NCBI GenBank assembly: GCA_044892505.1
Contig: CM097882.1
Location: 1,674,001 to 1,738,000, forward strand
Reading direction: 5' to 3'
From: Schmidtea nova
Taxonomy: Eukaryota
DNA length: 64,000 nt
Positions 47,201-62,400 of the stretch are shown piece after piece; position 1 is the stretch's first letter, and every line of letters starts with the position of its first letter. Under the pieces are notes generated by a model. That model had not been told where the DNA came from, ran no database searches, and saw only the letters and a program-made list of their open reading frames with translations. A program made the translations under genes and the position numbers.

Positions 47201-50200
47201 TATATTATTAATGCTCATTCGATATATTATTAATGCTCATTCAATATATTATTAATGCTCATTCAATATATTATTAATGCTCATTCTATATATTATTAAT
47301 GCTCATTCAATATATTATTAATGCTCATTCGATATATTATTAATGCTCATTCAATATATTATTAATGCTCATTCGATATATTATTAATGCTCATTCAATA
47401 TATTATTAATGCTCATTCGATATATTATTAATGCTCATTCAATATATTATTAATGCTCATTCGATATATTATTAATGCTCATTCAATATATTATTAATGC
47501 TCATTCGATATATTATTAATGCTCATTCAATATATTATTAAAGCTCATTCAATATATTATTAATGCTCATTTTATATATTATTAATGCTCATTCAATATA
47601 TTATTAATGCTCATTCAATATATTATTAATGCTCATTCAATATATTATTAACGTTCATTCAATATATTATTAATGCTCATTTTATATATTATTAACGTTC
47701 ATTCAATATATTATTAATGCTCATTTTATATATTATTAATGCTCATTCAATATATTATTAACGTTCATTCAATATATTATTAATGCTCATTTTATATATT
47801 ATTAATGCTCATTCAATATATTATTAACGTTCATTCAATATATTATTAATGCTCAATTAAATACTAGCCGTATTAAACACATTAAAAAAACTTCTTCATT
47901 AGCATAAAATACCAGGAATTAAAAGAAAAAAACAAAAATTCAAATTCAAAATTCATTTAACTTTAAAACAAATCTAGTTGGCTACGATTTTATTTGAAAC
48001 AAATATACCTAATAATTCAGTTGTTTTTTTGCTTAAAATTGCTTTCTTCTGTCCTTTTATAGCGCCTTATTAGTGAAGAGTACTATAATTTCAAAGTTAT
48101 CAACAGAAATAGGTTTTATTTTAATTGTTGTGGGCATTTCCTGAATTTTCGCAAATTATAACATACAGTATTACTAATAATTTAAATTGTTTGTGTCTAC
48201 TGCTAATATTATTGCGGATATTACATATTAATTTTAGTTTTAACGATTCGTTTGTATATTTAATTTGAAGCTGTAATTTTCGCTTTTCAAATTAAATTTG
48301 CGCTAACGTTGCGCGGATATCGTTTGAAAACATATATTTAAAGTTATAGAAGAATTAATTTTTTAATTGAAATCAATAAAAATGAATTCAATAAAAATTT
48401 TTTTAAATGTCTGCACAGCCCTCAAAAGTTACAGAAAGGCGCTGATACTCGAATCTTAAAATAGAAATAAAATAATTGTAGTAGATTTAAATAGTAATTT
48501 AATATTTACAAAATATAACCCACCTCTAAATTAATTGGAGCATAAGTCTCAGAATAACAAAAACAAAGCAGTAAAAGAGATATTTTTCAATGAAGAATGG
48601 AAGAGGCCAAGCAATTCGATCAAATTATCTTGAAACTGTTTATTAGAGTATCAGCAATCATGCGAAATCGGAACATCAACATCCTCTGGTGAAATAAGTA
48701 TATAATTCAAACTGCAATCGTTTTTCGTTGAGAAAAATAATCAAATCATTAAGAAAGCCGATAATGAAATTGGTGTGAGAAGAATTACTTGATTCGTCAA
48801 AAAAGATAAGATCACGAAAGAAGAGCCCTGGGCCAAAGCAATTTATTAGAACAAAAATTATTTGTGAGGATACTCGATTAGCATAGTTGTGTGGGTTTTT
48901 GCATTTGATTTATAAATTAAAGAAAGGCTTCGTCAGTAAGGAGTAACACATTATCTCTACAGCATATAAATAATTCAATAGTTTTAAAATTAAGTATCAT
49001 AATTATCTTTTTGTTTCACCTTTGATCTCTTTTTATTAAATCAATAATTTCCATAATAGTATGACAGTAGATCGAAATTTCTTTTTAACAAGTACACAAT
49101 ATTTTGGCACAGCCTTTTTCAAGTGTGTTTATATACACACTTGATAAAGGCTGTGCCGAAATAGTGTGTACTTGTTAAAAAAAATTTGATCTACAGTCAT
49201 AACATTATGAAAATTATTGAATTAAAAGTTAAGTATTGTGCGAAACATAGACGGTTTCCATACATCCCGTAAGCCCCAAAATCATATATTACTTACTCTT
49301 CCATATTCAATTGTAGGCTGTTGTGTTACACAGGAGCCATCGATCTCTTGAAAGCTATAGCCATACTATAGCCATCCATTTGATCCAGTTCTTTTGTAAA
49401 TCTGTTCAATATACACATAATATAACTTTGTAATTTATTGTATAAATATATTTTATAGAAATGTAATTTGTCTTTGTTTGCTCCACTTAAATAGGATTAC
49501 AATCAACGAACTGTTATTGTTGAATAGTATACTTTGTTAATATTTATAAGCATTTATTTAATATTGGAGTCAGATAATCAGTCTTAGGATTAAATCTCTC
49601 AACTGTTTTTCTGATCTTAACATTGGACTAGAAAATATTTTTTTTTAATTCTTTCTCTTTTTTTAAATATTCAAACACATTTATAATTTTCTCATTAAAT
49701 ACTACAAACAATTTTAAAGTTTTTACAAAGAAGAATGTTTTAAAATCGAGATTTAATAAAAAATAAAGTTTTTTAATGGGAAATTTCATAGATGTTTGAT
49801 TATTTATATAATAGAGAAAAGCAAAAAGATATAAAGAGTTCATCAGGAAACTATAAGATCAGTTTAATTCAGTGTTTGAGTGACTAGAACCTATTTTAGG
49901 TCGATATATTTCAAAAACAGAAAAGGTTCACATATTTATTTAACATAAATACACAATCACACAAATATGACATAGAAGTAATTAAAAACAAACTCCAATT
50001 TAAATTTATATTAAACACAATATTGTTGGGGTTAATATAAAACTCACAAAAGTAAAAAGAAATAATAGTAAAAGCAAAGAAATATCAAAATAAATAAAAA
50101 TGCAAAAATTAATTAAAATTTATCAAAAATTTAAAACTAATATTCATCGGGGGAAATGGGTATGGTTGAATGCCAAATAAAAAAATGAATCCAAAAATAA

Positions 50201-52936
50201 CAATAGAAATTTATTAAAGGGTCCCCAGAGAAAGTTATATAGAAAAAAACAAAGAGATCAAAGGTGGGAGATTGCGCAGGGCAATTAGGGAAAATCCATC
50301 AAACATAATAATTTGTTGATGGACCAATTAAGCTAGAGATTGGGTAACATTTTGGTTGTTGATAAAATTTAATTGCCATTTGCGATATGCATAAAAGGCA
50401 TCACAAAGTAAAGGACGGGGCCCAGAAACCGAGAGATTAACGGACAGAAAGTTATTGAAATTTATTGAAATTAACCAAGAGAAAGAAGAGAGAACTTCGC
50501 GGAATTCGAAAAAGACAATAAACAAAGTGAGGAAAGATATCTTTGTAACCGTCCTAACGAGAGGATCAAATCCGATTAAGAAAGTGCAAATTGTCGAGAG
50601 TGTGCATCCTATTGATTAAAACAAGTTGGGATAATTTGTAATTTGTGGTGATCATCAAATAAATTTTTCTGTGTTGGGTTTCATTGATTTTCGATAATTA
50701 AAGGACACGAGGAGTCAGGTCGTTGAACGGATTTTAAACAACACAATAATAACCCAACAATATATTTCGAGAATAGCATTCTCATCTTAAGTTGTTTTTA
50801 GTTCAATGCTACAATATTTAATAACCATGTGTTTTCTTCAAATATTTTACGATTTTAGTAATTTAACTGGTGTGTTTTCTGACGATTCGCAGATTTTTCT
50901 TTTGAGCTTTGTTTTATACTCGTTTAGCTTTTCGTATGTCATGGGCGAAATGCTACATGATTTGGAGAAGACTTTTTATCTACTCGGTCTTAGAGAATTA
51001 TCAATTGATGGTAATAGGTTTGGCTTTGCTATCAGATTATTGTTTACGAAAATATTTTAAAAGATTTTTAACAAAAGTTTATTGAAATTAAAAAAAAAGG
51101 TTTTAGGAAAATTATTTGATAGTTTAAAAAAAAAATTTACAATATTTTGAAATTTAAAAATTATTGTTAATTTATTAAAATAATCTATTTATTTGATTTA
51201 ATCAATAATATTAGACATTGTGATGTTGAACTGAAAGCTCTTGACGATGAGATTGATATTCTCGAAATAATTTTGTGTTTGAATTGACATTTTTCTCTTA
51301 ATTATTGATTTAAATTGTATTTTTATATTTGCAATTATCCTGCTTCTATAAATTTTAATATTAATTAATATAAATTTTATTATTATTATTATTATTATAA
51401 ATTTATTGCAACAAAAAGTTTAGTTAATAAATTGATGTCTATATTATTCAGAATATGACAGATAAATACACATTAAAAGATGTCTCATTTTCCCTCAAAG
51501 CACCCCAAACGTGTGCAATAATTGGCGAAATTGGTAGTGGAAAAGTGTGTAAATTAAATGGGGCTTTTTTGTACGTTTAATTAAAATTATTCTAGTCTTC
51601 TATATTTATGGCCCTTCTGGGGGAACTTCCGTTAAGTAAAGGCCATATTATTCGCACTGGTAATTTGTCATATGCTGCACAACAGCCATGGATTTTCTCG
51701 GGGACAATTTTAAAAAATATTCTTTTCAATCTTCCTCTTTTGAAAACCCATTATGAAAAAACAATTACAGCTACAACACTTGATCAGGTAACGCTCTATT
51801 ATTGCGTTAACGTATTCATTGATAATTTATCCGATGATTCTGTTATGATGTTTCAATTAATCAAAATAGGATATTGAAATTATGCCTAGCAGACAAATGA
51901 CGCTTGTTGGAGAACGGGGAGTTCTATTGAGCGGTGGTCAAAAAGCAAGAATATCCTTAGCTCGAGCTGCGTACTTTGATGCCGATATAATCTTATTAGA
52001 TGATCCTTTAGCTGCTGTTGATATGGCAGTGGGCTATCAAATATTCACTCAGTGTATATCTGGACTTTTCAAAGATAAATTGGTGATCCTGGTAACCCAT
52101 CAACTGCATCTCTTAAAAAGTGTCGATATGATTTTGGTGATAAATGAAGTTAGATGATTTTGTATTTTTGGATTTATGCAAATATTTACTATCTAATACA
52201 GCGCTTCTCAACCTTTCTGTTATTGCGACCCAGTTTACCAACGTAAATATTCTCGCGCCCCCCCATTTTTGATCTATCGAAAATTATAGTGTCATAATGA
52301 AAACGGTCCGATATTCGCACATTTAATTTTATTGGTAAAATGCGACTGTTTGCTATAAATGCACAGTAAGTATATATAAACGTGATTTTATTAACTATAA
52401 ACAAACATCTAAGCATGCTAGCAAAAAATTTTAAAAAATACTTTTTTGCTGAAGAAAAATTTCTAGCAAGTTACGAGTGGGTTAGGGACCCATATCACAA
52501 TGTTCCACAAGGTCTCTCGACTTCTGAAGAGGAAACTTTTATTGATTTTATAACAAACAGTTAAATCAAAAGACAATTTAATAAGAAATCGATTTTTGAA
52601 TTTTGGGCTGGTTTGGATGACGAGTTCGCGACATTAAAACGAAGAGCTTTCCAAATACTTTTACCGTTTTCAACATCTTATCTTTGCGAAACCGGATTTT
52701 CTGCGGTGGCTTCGTTGAAAACAAAATACAGATCACAGCTAAATATAGAAAAGGAACTTAGGGTATCCATATCTGGTATTACTAATTCATTTCAAAAACT
52801 TTGTAATGAGAAACAGGCTCAAGGAAGTCATTAAATAATAACAATAACATATTTAACTGGTATTTGTTTCATACTAATAAACTTAAATAATAAATTATTT
52901 ATTGGTAATATGTAATTATAAACTGTATTCTTATTT

Positions 52937-52973
<37 letters not shown>

Positions 52974-55900
52974 TTTTTAATTTTACAATTTCTTTTATTT
53001 GACCTTCAACAAAGTTTTAATTTTGTTTTTAAATATACTCGCGCCCCCCTTTGGGGGGGGCGCCCCACAGGTTGAGAATCGCTGATCTAATATGATTTCT
53101 TATTATTTTTCTATTTAATCATTATAATCTTTTNNNNNNNNNNNNNNNNNNNNNNNNNNNNNNNNNNNNNNNNNNNNNNNNNNNNNNNNNNNNNNNNNNN
53201 NNNNNNNNNNNNNNNNNNNNNNNNNNNNNNNNNNNNNNNNNNNNNNNNNNNNNNNNNNNNNNNNNNNNNNNNNNNNNNNNNNNNNNNNNNNNNNNNNNNN
53301 NNNNNNNNNNNNNNNNNNNNNNNNNNNNNNNNNNNNNNNNNNNNNNNNNNNNNNNNNNNNNNNNNNNNNNNNNNNNNNNNNNNNNNNNNNNNNNNNNNNN
53401 NNNNNNNNNNNNNNNNNNNNNNNNNNNNNNNNNNNNNNNNNNNNNNNNNNNNNNNNNNNNNNNNNNNNNNNNNNNNNNNNNNNNNNNNNNNNNNNNNNNN
53501 NNNNNNNNNNNNNNNNNNNNNNNNNNNNNNNNNNNNNNNNNNNNNNNNNNNNNNNNNNNNNNNNNNNNNNNNNNNNNNNNNNNNNNNNNNNNNNNNNNNN
53601 NNNNNNNNNNNNNNNNNNNNNNNNNNNNNNNNNNNNNNNNNNNNNNNNNNNNNNNNNNNNNNNNNNNNNNNNNNNNNNNNNNNNNNNNNNNNNNNNNNNN
53701 NNNNNGTAACAAAATAAGCCTTTGCTGCAAAAACAATTTTATTAAGTGAGAAAATTTTCGATTATAAAATAATCCTCGTCAATCTCTAATTCGGCAAATA
53801 ACTAGTATCTTCATTCATTTCTTGTTTCTTTTTTTGTGAATTATCTTCTTTTTCATTGGATGTTAATCTGATTAATATAAATTTAAATTTTTTAATTGTT
53901 TTTTATTGTTTTTTTGTTAAAAATATAAAATAAAAACTCTAAAATTAAAAAATTTTTTTCAAAAACTATTTAGAACAAATAAATTTATCCTTTTTAAAAT
54001 TTTAAAATTTAAAATTTTATTGTCTGTATTTTACACTTCAAATTTTAACCCTTTATATTTGAATTTTTTTAATTTAATTATATATTTTTGAAATGCCCAT
54101 AAATTCTCTGTACTATCTCTTTTCTTCCCCTTTCTTTTTTATTTTCTTTTTTATATTTTCTTCTTTGCAGAACCACATGTTTTTTTGTAACAAGATAGTA
54201 AGTGGGTGATTTCGCTAACTTCCTCTTTAGAGTTAATTTTTGGGTGTTTGTCTCTAATGAGAATAGCTTCTTTAAGTCTGAGATTTTTCTCGTCGTTTTC
54301 GTTTGTCAATATTCTCACTGATATTTATTTTTCCTTATTTTCTGTCTGACATTGTTGAAGATGTCTATATACAGATGACTTTCCACCAGGATCAAGATGT
54401 TCTTTAATTCTCTGATGCAAAGTCCGAAGAGTGCTTCCGATGTAAATTTCTTCGCATTTATTACACATGATGCTATAGACAATGCTCTTTTGAAAGCATA
54501 TTTTCTTTGGTGTTTGGCAATTTTCCATTTTACATGTATTTGCCTTTCTCGTGTTGTTAGCCAGGACTTGCCTTAATGTCTTAGATCTATGTGCCAACCG
54601 AATCGGAAGACCAGTGAGATAAAGTTCTTTGATGATCATAAAATTTATTCGGTCATTGATGAAAGTAATTCGAAGGTAGAAATATGTTTTTTTTATTTTG
54701 TAGATCTTTCTGCCTTCTCTGGTTGAATTTTATTTTGTTAATCTCGTTAATATTATGGTATCCATTACGACGCAGGACTTCAGTAAATATTGTTTGTTGT
54801 GCTAAATTGTCCTCTTCCTTTGTGCATCGATTAGCTATCCTTTGTCTCTCATTTCTAATGACGTTTACCTTCTGCAGATGAGGAAGTGCTGATCTTTGGT
54901 GCTTAAATATTTTTTTGCGGGCTGATTTTCTGTAGAACCCATATGTTGGCGTGTCTGAGTTTACTTTTATTCTCACATATAATAGTTCGAAGGATCCGTC
55001 TTCTTTCGGGTATTAAATCTATAATTTTATGTCATTGTGTGCCGCATTGAAAATACGAAAATATGAAAATCACGGTGGCGAGAATTTAGTGAGCAGGTGT
55101 GCTCCGTTGCCAAAACTATTCCTCACTATATTCTCCCTTTCGGGTTCTTGCTGCTGATATAAAGACTTACGCATCTGTTTACTTTTGGTCCTCTCACATA
55201 ATTACATCTTTATCACCTATTACTTTCTGATGGTACACATCTACCTTTATTCATCCTCAAAAATTATATATCAATTTACAAAAGTTTCTAACTACTTTTA
55301 TTCATCCAAAAATAATTCACCAAAATGATGAATACTCATTTGTAATCCCCTGTTCTCTCGCCTAAATTTGGTTCAAAGTCGCCTCATCACCTAACTATGA
55401 AGGAATCAGTGCGAGAGGCCCATTTCCACCCTATGGGTTGCGAGACTACTAGGACGTAACCTAGTAGTCTCGCGACTGTTGTTATGAGGGTTTACACATA
55501 AATAAACAAATGAATATAATATTTCAATTCTAAATATTTATTAAATATCATTAAAATTCATATAAACTTGCAATTAAACAAAATAACAACAAACTATGAA
55601 TAAACATAACCAAATCAAATATTTAATCCAAATTATCAATGAACATTACAAATTACTAATGCAAACAAAACAAAACATACCTATTCCCTTGACCGGTTGA
55701 CGAAATGCGAAATCAATTGAAAAATTAATGCTACCTCTAACTAACTAATTAATTACAACTCAATTGTAATTTTTAGCGTTTAATTATACTAAATTAACTG
55801 AGGCTGACATATGTTATTATTTAAATAATTATTTTAACAATTAAATTTACTGATTAATTTTTAGTAAGTGAGTATTTATTTATTTTTTGTAAATTTAATT

Positions 55901-58900
55901 TTATAATTCGATTTATTTATTTTCTAAAAAATTTGTTTTTAATTCCGTTAAATAATGTGTGCATCCATTGTTTTGTGGATTAATTGATTGAATAAAACAA
56001 TCAAATTTAATTTAATTCTATTTTTATTTCTATCTCTGTTTTTTCTGATATTTCAATGGGGATTTTTTCTATAATTTTTAATAAATTATTTTCTATATTC
56101 TGGTATCAATTTTATTCTTTTCGTTATTTTTATACGTGCAATGATCTTCCCCTTTCAATTCTCGTGCGGTCCTTCGCATGTAAATGTGATCTACACTCAA
56201 ATTGTGGGCTCTTTTTTGAGATGCCTCTTTTCCATAGTTTCAACCCTATCTCGACCGACTTATGGAATGCGGTTCGTATTACTTTTATTTATATTTTATT
56301 ATTTTATAATCCTTTGTGTTATTTTACTACCTAATGCTTTATCGTGCGTTTTGAATTGGTTTCCCTTTGTATATTTTTTAATTTTTAATAAATTAAAACA
56401 AAATTTATTTTTTGATTTCGCCAGCCCAACATATATCAAAGACCATAGACATTTTTCATTATAATGAGCTTGGAATAATCTTTGTGTAAAGTTAATCTTT
56501 TTTCAAAATGATTTTATTATTATTTGTAAAATGATTATATATTTTGAAAAACCCTGTAATTGTTACTAGATAAAAGATGTGACATTATCGCTTATGCCAT
56601 TAACCAAGGGAGTTACTAACTATAATTAATGCTCAACAAATAAAACAATGTTATCGTTCTGAAACTTGAATGTTTGGTTTCACTAATAACAAAAACATGT
56701 AGTATTTAATTTTCATCGTATTCAACGAGTTGACTGGCTTTATCTCTTGGGTTTGGTTCTTTTTTCTAATGTCTTTCCTGACTTTTTTTATAAAAATTTT
56801 ATGACAATAATCAATTTTTAATAACATGATTTAGGCTTTTTGAATATTTGAATGCCTTTTTAATGGAATTTGGGTATTTAGTAAACTTTTCAAAACTATT
56901 ACCGTGGAATATATTTAGGGCAATATGGTAGCATTTGGTACATTTGATGAGATCATTTCTCAAGGAGTCAATGTTCAAAGTATACTAAAACAAGACACTA
57001 CTGAAAATATCATTGAAAAAACACCAAAGACTATCAATCAAGATGCAACTTATGTGTCGGAAATAACCGAGGTATGTGAATTTGTTTTTTAAATATCCAA
57101 TTTAATAATACTCAAAATATTTGGTGGAATGTTTCGGAATTTTCTTTAGAAATTCGACTTTTTTTGATGATTTTAGCAAAAATGTTAATTTTATATAATT
57201 TCCAGAGCTTATCTAATTGACTCAGTTAATATAAGCTGAAATCGTTAAGGTCTCATATGGGCCCGGCGCCAGGAATGAATCAATGGGGTAGCAATTACTG
57301 AAACTGGTGGGGCAACCCCTTAAATTTTAAATTACAAATAAAATACGGTCCTATCGACATTTGTCTTATTGTCTGCGAGTATCATCCTATATTTAGAACC
57401 TTTTGCTCATCCATATATCAAATATTGATAAATAAAAGCCAATATTGGTATATACTACTTTAACAATACAAGAATATGAAAAAAAACATGCAGCATGTGT
57501 TCAACAGCAGTATAAAAGCAGGCTTTACAAAATCAGACGCCGACTACTCTCCTGAAACAATGGTAGAACATATTCGCAACTGACAATCTTCGATTCTTCC
57601 TTCTCATAAGCTAAGAACGCCAGGTCTAGTTTTCTTTGCACAGCCTTGCACTTTCAGTAGGGCGACATTAAACGCGTCAATATTGAGAATGTTGATTCAC
57701 ATGTTACTGTGGAAGCCGGCAACAGAAGAGAGCAACAGATAAGGTGATAAAAGTGTGGGAATGCATCTCTGTAATTTGACAGGAATGAAGCAAGAATATC
57801 TAATTTTTTTTAATTGGCAATAGATTATTTGTTAATTATCTCTTTCGCGACGACAATCTCAACAGTCAGGGATTTGTCAGCAAATTTCTTATCACTTGCA
57901 GCTACAAGACTTTCCAATGGTTCAATCTTTTGTTCCTGAAGGAAACTGTCTTTATTACCAGGTAAAAGTGCATCCAGCGCCGCAATCAAATCGCAGTTTG
58001 ATTTGGAAAAACGTGACTGTAATTCATTAATTACTTCATCCAAAATCTCGAAAAACACTTGACAATTGCCATTTTGCATGGAATTATTTTCGTCTTCGCA
58101 ATCTGCATTACTCAACGTGATAATAATAAGGCTGCAGTTAAGTCTTTCAGGAATCTTGCGTGACCGATTTTGTAGAGGTTGAGGAGTTAAGGAATGTTCC
58201 TGAACGTTTGCTAACAAATCCTGCATTTCATGTGAAGTATACTTAGCATTAGCAGGTATCGTTTGAGAAATCTCGTTCAATTTGGGATCAATATCAAGCA
58301 TGTATTCACACATTTGAAGAAATTTCCCACTATTTACATGTCCCAACGCTTCAACATCTCCACGCGAAGCCAGCTCATTAACAGCTATCCATTTTGCAAT
58401 TTTAACAAGCGCACCAAAATAATATTTGTTTCGCTCAATTCGGATAGGTCGCAATTGTTCCCCTATTGTTTTGCCTTGCTTTTCTCTCATCATATAATGT
58501 TACTCACTGTTTGCAATTTCGCCCTGTTAGCCTGCTTGATTTGCTTGAGCAATAAAAGTTAGACCAGGAGAAGCAACTGAAGACGTGGTCCCCACACGAA
58601 CAGAACAAGAACAGTAATCCAGCAATGTTTTTTGTTGCTTTGACATCTGGTTTATCCAAAGCAACACGTTAACTTTTTATTTTTATTTGTGGGGGGGCAT
58701 TTTCCTTTTTCAGGAGGGGCATTGCCCCCAAATGCCCCCCGTGGCGCCGGGCCCGGTCTCATATGAGGGATGAATAAGTAATATTTATGAAATTATTAAG
58801 GATAAACCATTGGCTTCAAATTATTAAACCAAGAGTTTTAAAATAACTTATGAAAAAGCAAAATAAATTACTGAAAATCTGTATATTAAGATTCTTTGTT

Positions 58901-59410
58901 ATAAAACATTCGTTTTTAAAGTGTATAATAAAAATCTTTATTCTTCTTCACCTTCAATCTCTTTTCGATTTTATTTTTTTTCAGAAATTAATTTAAATAT
59001 TTGTGTTGAATAGAAAATAAATTTACAAAATATATTTTAAAAATCTTAAAATTAATTATTTTCTATTTAAAAAAGTTTGTGTGTTTATTTCTCAAATTCG
59101 TATTTCATTCTCTTCTTTTAAATTAATTAATAAATAAGTAACAAAATAAGCCTTTGCTGCAAAAATAATTTTATTAAGTGAGAAAATTTTCGATTATAAA
59201 ATAATCCTCTTCTTTTAAAAACAGTTTTGAATATTTATTTATAAAAAGGTTGTTTCAGGATCTGTTTTGAATTTGTGAAAGAGGCTTTTAAAGGAATGTT
59301 AGTCTGTAGATATCTCTTCGAATAGTTTTTGAATAGAATTTTCAATGGAATAATCATTGATAACTAAATATTTAGGTAATCATCAATATATTCGAAGTAT
59401 TATTTTCGAA

Positions 59411-59486
<76 letters not shown>

Positions 59487-62400
59487 CTTTTTTCAATACC
59501 TAAATTAATTTATAAGAATTAAATAAATGTAAATAATGATAATATTTTATACGCTTATTTACAAATTAAATGACCAACATAACAATAAAAAGAAAAACTT
59601 ATAAAACTGCGATTTTAGTCCAATACCTGTTTGAGTGTTTTGTAATGTTCTTCTAATGTGCTTATGAACATCGTTATTCATCCAAGAATACCATCACTCC
59701 ATCTTTTCATCTGCATACAGTTTTTTTTTAAATTCTCATCATTGTTTAATGAAATTTACCTTGTACTGTGGCAACTCCGAAAGACATTCTATTGAAACAC
59801 AAATTTTATTTCACTAATAAGATATCATATTACGGGGCTTCAAATATATTTTTTAGCATTGGAAGATTGTTACACTCTAAATAATGTGACATAGTCCAGT
59901 AAATACTGTGTTAACTGTTTGGATTTATTAATGATGGTTGCAAATGCCAGTTAACCTGAAATTGTATAAGGAGAATAATTGGTAAATATAGAATAAGTAT
60001 TGTCTGCCTAATTAGGTACTTTTAGGCAGTACTTTGGGAATTATTAAAATTGGTTTATTTTACTAATATTTTACTAATTATTTTTTATTTTTTTATTTTT
60101 TTTATTTTTTTTATTTATTTTTTTTATTTATTATTTATTATTTTACTAATTATTTTACTAATACCTAACCGAATTCCATTACAAAGGCCGCGTTTGATAT
60201 TTAAATTTCCTAAATACCAAAATATCAAAATACCTTGGTCTTACAGAATAAAAAGATAAATTAACCAATATTAACCGTTTACAATTCATTAAATAAATAA
60301 ATAATAGCTTTAATTTTAGTGGTTGTGAGAAACAAGTACCATTTTATCACTGATTGGTCAGCTCCGAAATCAGTCACTTGCTTAACATCTTATCTTTAGT
60401 TCCGATAGTTTTGTAACTCGGGTTCCAAATATTTCTCGCAGGCTGGTAAAAAAAACAGGGCTCAGTATATCCAATTCTTTTGTACACTTTTTAATTTGTA
60501 TACATTTGTATACAGTTTGCAAATTTACTTTCAATAAACATTAGAAAAAGTAATTGTCTTAGTTCACTCATTTTCAATAGGAACTAGCAACCGGCTATTA
60601 TAGATTATAATATTATTATTATTATTTATAAAACAGTTTAAGAATAATATAAAACAGTCAGCTGTATTAAAATCAACTTTTTATCGTGGCATATATATAT
60701 ATATATATATCTTATTTTTAACTTTAAGACTATTTTAATTTACTTTTTTAAATTTAAATTATTGGATCGTATTTAAAAAACTAAGATTTTTTAATCAAAT
60801 GTTGATAATTATAAATTAAATTAGGATCCAGAAAGCAATTTTAATAACAGAAACTCCCTCAATGAACAAACCGTGCCTTTATTATTTTCAGTAATTACTG
60901 GCGAAGTTAGGTCATTTTTAATTATGGATGCAAACTGACTATATTTTAGACAGTGTCAAATATTTCATCAGTTTGTCACTTGTCTTCTCAAGAAGATGAA
61001 CTAGAACAAATCTCTCGTGAAAATATCAAATTAAAGTTATATTGGAAATATTTTACAATAGGATGTTCTAGTTTCGCTGTTGTAATGATGTTATTACTGT
61101 ATACAACAACTATGTTTCTCTACGTGTTTACTGATATCTGGTTATCGTGGNNNNNNNNNNNNNNNNNNNNNNNNNNNNNNNNNNNNNNNNNNNNNNNNNN
61201 NNNNNNNNNNNNNNNNNNNNNNNNNNNNNNNNNNNNNNNNNNNNNNNNNNNNNNNNNNNNNNNNNNNNNNNNNNNNNNNNNNNNNNNNNNNNNNNNNNNN
61301 NNNNNNNNNNNNNNNNNNNNNNNNNNNNNNNNNNNNNNNNNNNNNNNNNNNNNNNNNNNNNNNNNNNNNNNNNNNNNNNNNNNNNNNNNNNNNNNNNNNN
61401 NNNNNNNNNNNNNNNNNNNNNNNNNNNNNNNNNNNNNNNNNNNNNNNNNNNNNNNNNNNNNNNNNNNNNNNNNNNNNNNNNNNNNNNNNNNNNNNNNNNN
61501 NNNNNNNNNNNNNNNNNNNNNNNNNNNNNNNNNNNNNNNNNNNNNNNNNNNNNNNNNNNNNNNNNNNNNNNNNNNNNNNNNNNNNNNNNNNNNNNNNNNN
61601 NNNNNNNNNNNNNNNNNNNNNNNNNNNNNNNNNNNNNNNNNNNNNNNNNNNNNNNNNNNNNNNNNNNNNNNNNNNNNNNNNNNNNNNNNNNNNNNNNNNN
61701 NNNNNNNNNNNNNNNNNNNNNNNNNNNNNNNNNNNNNNNNNNNNNNNNNNNNNNNNNNNNNNNNNNNNNNNNNNNNNNNNNNNNNNNNNNNNNNNNNNNN
61801 NNNNNNNNNNNNNNNNNNNNNNNNNNNNNNNNNNNNNNNNNNNNNTCGATTATTTAAATATTTAACTATTGAAAAAAATATTCAGAAGAATTCAATAGAT
61901 GTTATTGAAAATTAGCCCAGAGAAATGTGAATTCTTGAATACATTAATGGAAAAGGTATTCAGACAAGCAGAAAGAAAGTCGAAGAAATATAGAAAGTGG
62001 AAGTACCAATATGTTCGAATACTTCGCTGAATTTGATTTTGAGCTGAAATAGTTAAAAGGAGAAGAAAATGCAAATGCGGATGGACAGTTGATAATAAAG
62101 ATCGTGATCTGTACTCAATCCTAAATACTACATAAGCAAGTTTAGGAAGAGAAATTCAGGTAAGTCATCAATAACTATGGGAAAGTCACTAGATCAGCAA
62201 CAAAATAATATTAAATTCGAAATCGCTATGAGCGATGCTGGAAAAATAACATGCACATAAAACAAATAATTGTTTTTCGTTTCAATAAGAACAGTAAGAG
62301 GTCTCTTAACAGTGAAGCCAAATCCATACGCCACAAGCTACGATAGCAGGATCTTTATTTACTCGATGACAACGCTACAATTCACACTTATTATCGAACA

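Larger units (their letters stand above)
43197..48444. mobile_element. TIR element copy 2 (CAGCGCC...GGCGCTG) containing a SWIM-finger fragment and a 4-kb minisatellite
   Basis: Terminal CAGCGCC / GGCGCTG; degenerate flanks ATCATTGA / ATACTCGA; homology to 36145-37424. Confidence 0.7.

Noticed and set aside
43871-47856. Regular 22-bp array as a CRISPR array or coding repeat
   Set aside because: No unique spacers, eukaryotic context, and TAA stops recur.
21956-61915. ORF-track entries containing long X runs (21956, 34626-35144, 40236, 53122, 60953, 61147)
   Set aside because: Artefacts of N gaps; only the flanking ABCC exon parts are real.
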